Below are positions 42,313-51,392 of a DNA stretch of 64,000 nt, in pieces (the stretch's first letter is position 1; each line of letters starts with the position of its first letter). The position numbers and the translations under genes were made by a program. This DNA comes from Candidatus Latescibacterota bacterium (lineage in GTDB: Bacteria; Latescibacterota; UBA2968; GCA-2709665): assembly GCA_963667175.2 (NCBI GenBank), contig CAXXXF010000015.1:64001-128000 (forward strand), written 5' to 3'. The notes below the pieces were generated by a model. It was not told the origin of the DNA, did no database searches, and saw only the letters and a program-made list of their open reading frames with translations.

Positions 42313-43032
42313 CTACTCCCCAAAGTCTTCGATTACTTCCCGGATGTAGTCTCGCAGCCAGTGGATCGGCTCGTGATGTGACTCCAATACGTCCCGCAAG
42401 TCTCGGTCGCCCCACCATTCTGCCGCTTGTACTGCGGCGTCTCGAATTTCCGCACTCTCCATTCCCAACCCGTCGCGTACGAGTTCTGTGCGCCACAACG
42501 CTGATCCCGGATATTCCTGGCGAGCCAGGCATCGCAGCACTTCAGCGGAGAAGGTCTGATGCTCGGCGTCCAAAGAGAGTTCTCTCAACCACTCAAGAGC
42601 CAGTTCGCTTTCCGTGGACTGCAATGCATCACGGATGACTTGCTCCGCTGGATGATACATCCCGTCCTCTAGAGGCTCGGACTCGAAGGCCGCCCACAAT
42701 GCGGACGAAAGTCGCTCTCTTGCTTGATCCTCTCCTTGTTGAGGTTTGACTTGTGCAAAGCAAACTTCATCCACGAGCATCGGAAAGAGCTCAGCATTCC
42801 ACAACGTATCAGTTGCATCCGCCGAGAGCCGCTTTAGGTACAGGTCGTAAGCCAGTTCCACCGTCGCTCTTTGCAATGACACAATATCTGACGAAGTCGC
42901 AAGCGACTCTTTACCGTAGTCGAGCCAGCGTATAACGTAATTGGACCCGCTCGATGGGTCCATCGGAGGAAGGAAATTTGGTACAAAGTCCGATGGCGTG
43001 GAACCCACAGAAGAGTGAGTTTCAAGCAGCAT
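42313..43032 (-). CDS. Acidic hypothetical protein with a HEAT-like C-terminus
   Basis: AEIRDAAVQAAEWWG...EPIHWLRDYI; overlaps the upstream gene. Confidence 0.65.
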   Translation of the reverse strand: MLLETHSSVGSTPSDFVPNFLPPMDPSSGSNYVIRWLDYGKESLATSSDIVSLQRATVELAYDLYLKRLSADATDTLWNAELFPMLVDEVCFAQVKPQQGEDQARERLSSALWAAFESEPLEDGMYHPAEQVIRDALQSTESELALEWLRELSLDAEHQTFSAEVLRCLARQEYPGSALWRTELVRDGLGMESAEIRDAAVQAAEWWGDRDLRDVLESHHEPIHWLRDYIREVIEDFGE

Positions 43033-43792
43033 TAAAGACCTCCCTTGCTTTATCGGTTATCACCGATTCAAATGCCGTTCGCTCCCGGTCCCGCAAATAA
43101 CCTGCCTTCAACAATGCCTCATCTTGCGATATCGCGTCCTCACTCTCCCATATGACGTCGAGATCGAGAAGAAATCCTACGTGATCCTGTGGAGCATTGA
43201 TTGATCCCTGAGACAAGACAATGCGTACATCATCTTCGTATGCATAGTCAACGCGACTCATAAAATGGTTCAATCGATCTGGGAAACCACTCACAACAGG
43301 CAGGGCACATTTGAGGTATCTTTCGACCGCAACCGCCTTCTGTGGAATGATAATCTTGTTTAGGTATCGAATGCCGATCCGGCACACGCCAATAGGCTCC
43401 GCGACCTTCCAATATGCGTCGAGCGCCGCTGAAATCCGGGGCCGAAATTCGTCCCAACCGCGACGGCCAAGATTGCGAGGATCCTGGTAAGGGCGTAACA
43501 TGTGAACGCTGAGGACGTCTTTGCCGACGCCAACCTGACGTTTGCCATTCGGTGTAATGAGTTGGACCTTAGCCGGCCCTGAATCGTAACTCATTCTCGG
43601 CGGCTGTCCCTCCTCGGCATTCAACGCGATGTTAACGACCTTCTGCTCCTGCGGTTTGCCACTATATTCATCGCTCAGCCTAATGTGGAGTTTGCCAGGA
43701 ATCGTGAGATCCCACTCCCGACCCGGAAGAAAACGAAACTCACAGAGCGCTTCCTCAATAGGTGGATTCCTGTAGCGACGTCGTTCGTTCAT
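43022..43792 (-). CDS. TIGR04255-family protein
   Basis: YRNPPIEEALCEFRF, RIGIRYLN, LDLD, FESVIT. Confidence 0.8.
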   Translation of the reverse strand: MNERRRYRNPPIEEALCEFRFLPGREWDLTIPGKLHIRLSDEYSGKPQEQKVVNIALNAEEGQPPRMSYDSGPAKVQLITPNGKRQVGVGKDVLSVHMLRPYQDPRNLGRRGWDEFRPRISAALDAYWKVAEPIGVCRIGIRYLNKIIIPQKAVAVERYLKCALPVVSGFPDRLNHFMSRVDYAYEDDVRIVLSQGSINAPQDHVGFLLDLDVIWESEDAISQDEALLKAGYLRDRERTAFESVITDKAREVFNAA

Positions 43793-44225
43793 CGGAATCT
43801 CTCCGCGAAAGGGATTTCAACTCCTCTTGAAGTTTGAACGCCTAACGACGTCAAATGCTCCTTACATTTCCCTAACAGTGTTGCTCCAAGTTCGCCGCCT
43901 CCGGCAAGCACGCGACGTATCGGCCGGATCGGATCTGCCGGTTTGGCATTACTAATGCTCGTCCCGTTGACGAATGTACGATCGGGCACAAGTTGCTACA
44001 GGAGCAATGTTTCCCCGCTCTTGCCGTGGTCCGAGCAGGCGGACCGCCGACCTGTTGACCAAAGCTTCCAGGATTACCGGTTCCGGCAAGCGGGAGTAGG
44101 GAGCGATTGGCGTCCAATACTCGGTTACATGACCGGCGAATTGCCGGTTGCCGGAGCGTGTAATTTTAGAGTGTCGGCGACGTGTCAATCTAAGGTATCG
44201 GGGAGCCAAGATCAAGAGACGAGTC

Positions 44226-44600
44226 TGTAGGGGCGGGTCGAATAGTGCTACAATACATTGCGATCGTTCCACCATCCTGAGGCGTTCGACTCTGCCACTG
44301 TCGCACTTTCACGTCGCAATCACTCCCCCCTTGAGGGGGAGTCGCCTGCCTGCGCCAAGCGGAGCGCCTGCCTGCCGCGGGAAGCGCAGCGGCGCAGGCA
44401 GGCGGCAGGCAGGCAGAAGCCGAGCCGGTCCCAGAGGCTGCGGTCCCTGAGCTTGTCGAAGGGGCCGACGACGGCTGATGCGGTGGGGGGATTGTGCTCT
44501 TTACCGTATGCAATCCAGGTCCTGGATGCTAGTCATTTCGCAACTGGAATTGCAAAAGACCCCGAAATGATCGCTTATCGGAGTCTCCCATAGAGCAACG
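44226..44600 (+). repeat. Composite repeat unit 2, with a nested palindrome at 44345-44413
   Basis: GTAGGGGCGG, CACTCCCCCCTTGAGGGGGAGTCG, GTCCCTGAGCTTGTCGAAGGG, GATGCGGTGGGGGG. Confidence 0.78.
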
Positions 44601-44855
44601 GAACCTGTTATTGCGGCAGAGGAGGTTGGATTCGGTCTGGACGTCATTAACGATTCCACTTATCGTTCATCGCCTGGAGGCGGCCTTCTCTGGATGACAG
44701 TTTCGCCGAAGGTGTGGGCTTAGCGTCTCGCCAATGGGTATCGCAACACATGTCATTCTGAGCGTCATCGAAGATTGCCTAACAACGCGTGGTCATTGAG
44801 CTTGTCGAAATGCCCGCATTCAGGCAGCCCCAGCGACGCGCAATTTTAAATGCAC

Positions 44856-44889
44856 TTGACATCATATGATTTATGAGTCATATTATAAT
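44856..44889 (+). promoter_or_regulatory. Promoter/operator of the higBA-like pair
   Basis: TTGACA followed by the ATATGA-N8-TCATAT palindrome, then TATAAT. Confidence 0.55.
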
Positions 44890-44891
44890 GT

Positions 44892-45107
44892 GTGAACTGG
44901 AAAGTCGATTTCCATCCGGTTACTATGCATGGAGGAGTCTGGCGGGTAGCATTTGCTTTTGATCCTGAACGCAAGGCCATACGACTGGTTGCCGGCGATA
45001 AATCGGGAGCCGGTGAACCGCGGTTCTACCAGCAACTGATCAGGAAGGCAGATCACCGTTTCGATCTGCATCTTGATCGGTTGACGGCAGAGAGGAGGAC
45101 AAAATGA
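44892..45107 (+). pseudogene. RelE/HigB (Gp49-like) toxin with a large in-frame internal deletion
   Basis: MNWKVDFHP joined to GGVWRVAFAFDPERKA..AGDKSG; the central GP.LGRP...KELR segment is absent. Confidence 0.7.
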
Positions 45108-45430
45108 GTACTCTGACAGACAGAGTGGACAAGCTGCCCCCGTCCCGACGGAAGAAAATCGAAGAACGGGCCCGGGCTCTGATCGCCGAAGAGATGTCGT
45201 TACGAGATTTGCGTAAGGCTCGAAAACATACGCAGGCGCGGGTCGCCAGGAAGCTCGGGATCAATCAGGAGAACGTGTCCCGCCTTGAACGGCGCAGTGA
45301 TCTGTTGATTTCCACCCTCAGCGGCTATGTCGAGGCTATGGGCGGGAAATTGAGTCTGGTGGCGGAGTTTCCGGACCGACCGCCGGTGGCACTGACGGGC
45401 ATTGCGTCACTCGACGACTTTTCGGAGTGA
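45104..45430 (+). CDS. XRE/HigA-type HTH antitoxin
   Basis: LRKARKHTQARVARKLGINQENVSRLE, YVEAMGGKL; ATGA overlap. Confidence 0.88.
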   Translation: MSTLTDRVDKLPPSRRKKIEERARALIAEEMSLRDLRKARKHTQARVARKLGINQENVSRLERRSDLLISTLSGYVEAMGGKLSLVAEFPDRPPVALTGIASLDDFSE

Positions 45431-45899
45431 CCGGTAATCAACGGCGCGTCATTGCGAATGGGTTTGCACGGTATCGGGTAAATCGGTTAACCCGAAGTTT
45501 GCGTCCGTGTTGCGCACTTTCCTACGGGCGTTAAAATGGCCCCAACAAATCGCGTCGGGGCCTCATCGACTGTTTCTTTCTGTCAAATCCTGAGGGTCAC
45601 CTCAGGTTCTCCGGGTCGGGAGTCATCCCTTCCGCCCAATATTCGCAGTTCGTGGCTGCCAGTTGAATCATACCCAATTCTGGGTCCCGATGCAAGACCA
45701 AATGTCGAGGGTAAAGGCCTTACGAGGCTTCGGATTACGCAACTCCCCGACGGGCTGTTCACAAAACCGTACAAATACATCGGTCAGTTTCATACAGGAG
45801 TTTCAGAATCTGGTTCGTGAACCTGGTCCGGTCCCTTCTGGCTACCGATGCCATAAACGTTCCTATTGCCTTTTCTGCCAGGCAGTTACGCAGCATTTC

Positions 45900-46082
45900 G
45901 ACCTGGCGCCGACCTTGCCCCGACTCTTGCTTGGCCCGGTTCGGGTTCCCACCTCTGAGGTCGGCCTGTGGATCCTTGTCGTTACCCACGACTCCGACTC
46001 ATCAATCAGCGGCTCAGCCACTCCGTGTTCACGGCACAGATCTCGGATTCTCCGGATGCCGGAAACCGATCCTCTCGACCGG
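45900..46082 (-). pseudogene. Diverged duplicate fragment of the 3' part of the gene at 34485-35949
   Basis: SGIRRIRDLCREHGVAEPLI matches the region around 34730-34895. Confidence 0.75.
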
Positions 46083-46114
46083 CTCGCTACGACGATGAGG
46101 AGACCGCTGTGAGG

Positions 46115-46470
46115 GTGGGGCCTGCCTGCGCCTGCCTGTCCCGTTGGAACGGCAGACAGGCCAAGCGGAGCGCCTGCCGCGGGAAGCGCAGCGGCGCAGG
46201 CAGGCGGCAGGCAGGCAGACATTCCTGTCTGCCTGCCTTACCGGTTCTTACTGTCATGAAGCCGACTGAAACAACGCTCCCGTCGCAAAATGAGTCCACA
46301 GACTCCGCGCTGATCCGTTGAACACCGTCATCGCCAGGACCGACGCGCGGTTCCTGTTGTAGGGGCGGTTCGCGAACCGCCCTTGCTCAAGCCGGTCTCA
46401 GAGCTTGTCGAAGGGGCGGGCGACGGTGGTGGGGGGTTTCAATGGCTTACCGAATGCAATCAGGGTCTCG
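46115..46470 (+). repeat. Multiply nested palindrome (46121-46215) inside a GTGGGG|CAGACATTCCTGTCTGCC REP, followed by composite repeat unit 3
   Basis: An uninterrupted host REP is at 24282-24305; GTAGGGGCGGTTCGCGAACCGCCC at about 46359; GAGCTTGTCGAAGGGG. Confidence 0.78.
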
Positions 46471-46720
46471 TTCCAGGCGCTTTCGTCAGACGTCGCCCAA
46501 GAGGTTTATTTGCTCGTGGCAAAATACCTCGAAATTCGAACAAATACAATCGGTGAAATAGAAACACCCTCCTGGAACGGAGGGTGCTTATGTGTCGGGA
46601 CGTATGCAGGTGTTTCAAGTAAAGCACAGGGGTCTCGCAAATGGCACAAAAGCATAAGATGGTATTGAAAATGCCGAGATCCTGGAGGATCTCGGCTAAG
46701 GTTTGTGAGTACTTGTACGA

Positions 46721-47092
46721 TTACGCTTGATTGTAGAGTTCAATAAGATATCTCGGTGTTTTTGGCGAATTAACGAGCCCCAATTGAATGCGTTCAAGAA
46801 CTTCAGGTTGTACAGCGTCCTGTGTTTTCACCCTACGAAATGCTAAAGCTACTTTACAGTATTCGAGACTTTCGGCGAGTCTGTAGTTAATATATGATTT
46901 ATGACTGATAAACGGATGGTCGCCAACACACAAAATCGTCGTCTCATCGCAATTAGAGTACCAGGAATTGACGTTGACAACTATGACATTTTTCTTGTCA
47001 CCCAAAGGTTCGGAAATTACAATGAATAAATGGGGTTTGTTACTGTAAAATGTGTCATGTAAAATTGCCGCGCTGCCTGGTTTCAGACACAT
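46721..47092 (-). CDS. Putative PemK/MazF-like toxin paired with a Panacea antitoxin
   Basis: HLFIVIS..VVNVNS..DETTIL..GDHPFISHKSYINY; overlaps the antitoxin stop. Confidence 0.6.
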   Translation of the reverse strand: MCLKPGSAAILHDTFYSNKPHLFIVISEPLGDKKNVIVVNVNSWYSNCDETTILCVGDHPFISHKSYINYRLAESLEYCKVALAFRRVKTQDAVQPEVLERIQLGLVNSPKTPRYLIELYNQA

Positions 47093-47649
47093 ATTGCCTG
47101 GCCGAATATCCTCTCATGGCAAACCTGGGTATGTAGTTCTTCAACTGCTGATTTGAATTGTTCTTCATCATCCATTACGGCATTCAGGATACTATTGATC
47201 GTAATGGGTAAAGAACTACCTTTCGGATCTTCATACTCTGCGAATTTATGTGTGATTTCGCAGAGAGTATCGAAATCCAATTTTCCGTAAATCTCATAGA
47301 GCTCCTGGGCAAGTTCCTCTTCCGCCCTCGACATCAGTCCAAAATCCGGCTTTTCCGTTTTAAGAAAAATGGTGTTATTCTTGCGCTCGTGGAAATATTC
47401 ATTCCAGAGTGGATCTTCTATTTCGCCTTTCAATATATCATAAGTCTTACTCACAACAGGACCAAAAGGCATCGAAACGTATGAATCAAACGTCACTGCG
47501 TGACACCATCTTTTATAGGCTTCTCTGTCCATTATATAAAGCAGTTTGATCAATGTATACATATCCAATTTGCCGCCCGCCAGTTGAACCAGATAAGCAG
47601 CCACCACACAAGTCTTGTCGGAATTAAATTTCGGTGGAATTATCGTCAT
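47083..47649 (-). CDS. Panacea (SocA/DUF4065) antitoxin
   Basis: LIKLLYIMDRE, YVSMPFGPV, LCEITH. Confidence 0.85.
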   Translation of the reverse strand: MTIIPPKFNSDKTCVVAAYLVQLAGGKLDMYTLIKLLYIMDREAYKRWCHAVTFDSYVSMPFGPVVSKTYDILKGEIEDPLWNEYFHERKNNTIFLKTEKPDFGLMSRAEEELAQELYEIYGKLDFDTLCEITHKFAEYEDPKGSSLPITINSILNAVMDDEEQFKSAVEELHTQVCHERIFGQAICV

Positions 47650-47894
47650 TATAAAATACCCCAATTGTCGGCCGATATTTCCGAGTGGATTGGAACTTCA
47701 TCTCACATCAGGAATATATTTAATAATGAAAAATTGGGCAATGGCTAATCTCGGGACACCCATCTTCTCGTTATTTTGACGAGAAGAAAAGAGGTTCATC
47801 ACGTCACAAAGCCGACAAATGCAGACAGCAGTTTCGCCAAATATCCTTGAAATCCGCTTCCGTCTTCAGACCTCGGCATCGCCGGGACCGACGC

Positions 47895-48192
47895 GGGGTC
47901 TTTGTTGTAGGGGCGGTTCGCGAACCGCCCTTGCGTGAGCCGGTCCGTGATCCTGCATTATAGAAGCAGCGAGAATCAGAATTGACATATCTCGCGTAAA
48001 GATTCGCTGTAAGATCCCAGGGAGGAAGAGCCGCCTAACGACAAACCGCGATGACGTCACCCTGTGGAGGCATTCGCCACCGGCTGTCACGCACTCACAT
48101 CGCAATCACTCCCCCCTTGAGGGGGAGTCACCTGCCTGCATTGAGCTTGTCGAAATGTCGAAGGGATGTCGACGGCTGATGCGGTGGGGGGA
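47895..48192 (+). repeat. Composite repeat unit 4
   Basis: GTAGGGGCGGTTCGCGAACCGCCC, CACTCCCCCCTTGAGGGGGAGTC, GAGCTTGTCGAAATG, GATGCGGTGGGGGG. Confidence 0.78.
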
Positions 48193-48240
48193 CTCAATTG
48201 TTACCAGGTGGCCTGATTAGGCCGATCCTGCGTTGGACGC

Positions 48241-48270
48241 AAAGGACCGCCCGAGAGGTCGGTCTTTTTG
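48241..48270. terminator. Intrinsic terminator downstream of hicBA
   Basis: AAAGGACCG...CGGTCTTTTT hairpin. Confidence 0.6.
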
Positions 48271-48282
48271 GCGTTTATCTTT

Positions 48283-48608
48283 TTATTCTGTGTGGGTTGG
48301 AGATTCGAGAGAAGGTTTTTTCGCTTTGTCTTTCTTCTTCCTCTTGAAATGTTTCCCTTTAAGGAAGCCGAGACGTATGAGGTCTTCCTCTGTCCATCCA
48401 ATTTGGCGACACAGTATATCTTCTATTAGCCCTATACTGTCGTACGGTTTTGGATGAACGTGAACTGTAACTCGTCTTCCGTCTTTAACGAAAGCTTGTC
48501 GTGCGCTTCTTGTAAATTGGCGATCCCAATTGTCACTTTTAAGACCCTTGACTATATTTTTTTAGTAATGCTTCCAAGCTGTTGTCTGGCATCTTTGGAA
48601 TAGGCCAT
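48283..48608 (-). pseudogene. HicA-like toxin frameshifted in an A7 tract (48557-48563)
   Basis: MAYSKDARQQLGSITKK | IVKGLKSDNW...RVTVHVHPK...QIGWTEEDL. Confidence 0.7.
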
Positions 48609-48952
48609 TTGGCGGTCGCCCAGTCTTGTGAGGAGTGTTTATTCTTGGGCATCTCGACGACCTGTCCTCCGCCAAATGCCACTGGTGTTCCGTCGACTTT
48701 TACAATACAGTCAGGTCCCGCCGGAATAGGCAAACCGTCCCTACAGAGGGACTCAAAGTAAAAGAAAATACCTTCCGTCAGACGAGATTCGAGCTGCTCT
48801 TCTGAATTTCCGACCTCAAGGAGACCGGGGAGCGCAGGACATGTAGCCCAGTATTCTCCGGTTTTTGGATCGTGCTTTATCTCTCTCCTGACGGCAATTG
48901 TGAGGACAGGTATCTTCGGTTTCGTACTACGCAAAAAGGAAAATGGTCTCAT
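48539..48952 (-). CDS. HicB-family antitoxin
   Basis: YWATCPALPGLLEVGNSEE, GLPIP; AGGATAGGGG RBS. Confidence 0.8.
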   Translation of the reverse strand: MRPFSFLRSTKPKIPVLTIAVRREIKHDPKTGEYWATCPALPGLLEVGNSEEQLESRLTEGIFFYFESLCRDGLPIPAGPDCIVKVDGTPVAFGGGQVVEMPKNKHSSQDWATAKWPIPKMPDNSLEALLKKYSQGS

Positions 48953-49224
48953 GGCCGTCCCCTATCCTCTGGTAAAAGTGAATGTTTGAACAGGGGAAGG
49001 CCTACCCGCGGTACCTATGCAGCGGCCTATACAGCGTCCAACATGTTCAAATAGTATTCGCATGGGGAGGTACCGTTAGAAGTAACATAGTATCCGCGGG
49101 TGTCAATAGGAAAAAGCGCCAGGGCGAAACTAAACATCGAGGGAGGATCTATGGGGTATGCTTGGTAGGTGTTGTAGTTGGATGTTATTTTGCTTGACTC
49201 TTAGCTAATTTTCTAATTTTTCGG

Positions 49225-49970
49225 CCAGGAAGAGATACGCGTCAATACCTGGCAATACTGATACATATCGGACCTCGGGTTTGCCATGTCCTCCCCTCCT
49301 GACTGTCAGGGAGACAGACAGAAGGTAGATGCGTTGCCGGAAAGTCCAAGACCTTTGTCGTATCCCAGGTGGCCTGATTAAGGCGATCCTGCAGCGACCG
49401 CAGATGGGTGATCATAGACAACGTATCATGCGTCGTCGTCTGCCGGCGGACGGTTCAGGGGGATGCCCAGGATCTCGGAGGCTTGTTCTTGGATCTCGAG
49501 GATGGTGTTCGCCTGTTCCAACCGTCGCCGCAGCCGCGCGTTTTCCTTGCGCAGTTGCTCGTTCTCGACGGCGACCTTGTCACGACGACGCCCCTTGGGT
49601 CCCCGCGGCTTGGATAGCGCCTTGAGCGACCCCTCTCGACGCGCGCGACGCCACTGGGTCAACTGCGAGGAATACAGTCCCTCGCGGCGCAGCAGCGCGC
49701 CGACTTCACCAGGGGCCTGGCAAGCGTCCGCCTCTTCCAGGATGCGAAGCTTGTACTTTGCCGTGAACCGACGACGCTTCGCGCGCGCCGGCGCCTCCGG
49801 ATCCGGCCTCGTGGTTGAGGAGGTCCCGCACGGGACCTCCTCAACCAGAGACCCCTTGCTGCCGTTGTCTCCAACATCGATTCTTGACCTCATCTCCTGT
49901 TCTCCTCTCCGCCCAATATACGACATTAAACTCGGAGGGGGAGTTGTCTCACCCTATATTGGCACGTAGG
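49225..49970 (-). mobile_element. Hybrid remnant: IS3-like left end + orfA fused to an IS21 left end and an istA stub
   Basis: orfA at 49426-49893; IS21-type TGTCTATGATC end at 49420; MANPRSDMYQYCQVLTR. Confidence 0.8.
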
Positions 49971-50448
49971 GGTCAATGCACTCCCAACGTGAATAAGAAA
50001 ACCAACTACGATAATTTCCCACTCTTGCAATTGGGTAAGGAATACCCTATATTGATACGGTACCGCTCCATTTCCTTGTTGTCAAACCCTTGTCAAGAGC
50101 GAATTTTAGCCTAGATACCGCCTCGTTATAACATCCCAGAGGCAAAACCGAAAGGGATTGGACATGGAGTTCACTACGGGATTAGCGATATTTTTAGGTG
50201 TCCAAGTAGTTATTGTGATTTTTTGGAGTTTAAGGAATATTCGTAAACTAAAGAAAGTGGCAGGAGAGTCCAATAATGATGAAGCTACCGAACAGAATAA
50301 GACGGTGGTTACGAAAACTAGCTAAACTAATAGAGCGTCTTTTCATTCCTCTAAATGTAGGTCTCGCTGGTGGCTTAATTCCTACAAATATAAATGTAGT
50401 ATTCATTCGAGATCTTTCTTAACTGTCAGTACCATACTAATTACAATT

Positions 50449-50730
50449 TTGGTCGCGGGAATAGCTATTGTATCTACTGCTCCCACTACTACTGATCACA
50501 TTGATAAATTGCGCAATTGTTTTTATGTTTTGGCCAGCTACTTGTATGTTTCTTTTGCGGTGTATGTGTTCGTCGGACCTCAAGCATATGTTGAACCGAC
50601 ACCCCCACCTTCAGGTTTTGAATTTTACTTTGTCCTTTTCTTTTTTGGTATCACCATACTAATGATGCAACAAATCAAAGCAGTGACTCAATCCTTATTG
50701 GAGAACGCATATCGTCAGAGCAGTAGATAA
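50449..50730 (+). CDS. AT-rich hydrophobic hypothetical protein, possibly the 3' part of a frameshifted gene starting near 50276
   Basis: Three hydrophobic segments; no recognisable motif. Confidence 0.35.
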   Translation: MVAGIAIVSTAPTTTDHIDKLRNCFYVLASYLYVSFAVYVFVGPQAYVEPTPPPSGFEFYFVLFFFGITILMMQQIKAVTQSLLENAYRQSSR

Positions 50731-51392
50731 TCTTAGAAAAAACTGTCTCAAGTACAACAAGCCCAGGGTTCGAAAACCCTGGGCGATTTCATTTCCGGCG
50801 GCGCAATTCGCACCAAATCTCCCTCTGACGATCTTAAATCGCCACATTTGTGATCGGTAGCCTCGCAAACTTCGTGAGCCGAGTAGGGTGTATCAAGGAC
50901 GGACCAACCCGAGACCAAGAAGCCTACGTTCATTATTTCTCAGGGTCTTGTCGTCACGGTAACTCTTTGCTCCTCAACGTCTATCCATCCTCCAAAACCC
51001 CCGCCACCCGCTTTATGACCAGTGGGAGATCCTTTTTCTTCAACAGGAAGCCCCAAGGCTTACTGCTCCGCTGACGATTATACTGCAACATTAAGACCAC
51101 GATTTCTGGCTGATCTTCCAAAACAACCAGCTGTACATCCTCTACGACTAGTTCATCGGTATTCCCGCGCCGCCGACATTGTTGCTTAAATTCAAACGAG
51201 TTCAAAACGGCCCCCTATGTGACGATGTTTGGTAGCGGTGGCAGTATAACGAAAAACGCCTTTCGGATCAAAGGCGGCTTTTGTTGGCGGATAAATACCA
51301 TAATACATCACCACCCGCGCTGTACACCTATCCCTAAAGCGCGCTGACAAGCCTTATGTACTACTACGCTTACCTTATTGTCAATTGCTGGC

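Noticed and set aside
41480-48952. Classical integron attC array
   Set aside because: No convincing RYYYAAC...GTTRRRY pairs or intI were seen, and cassette orientation is mixed
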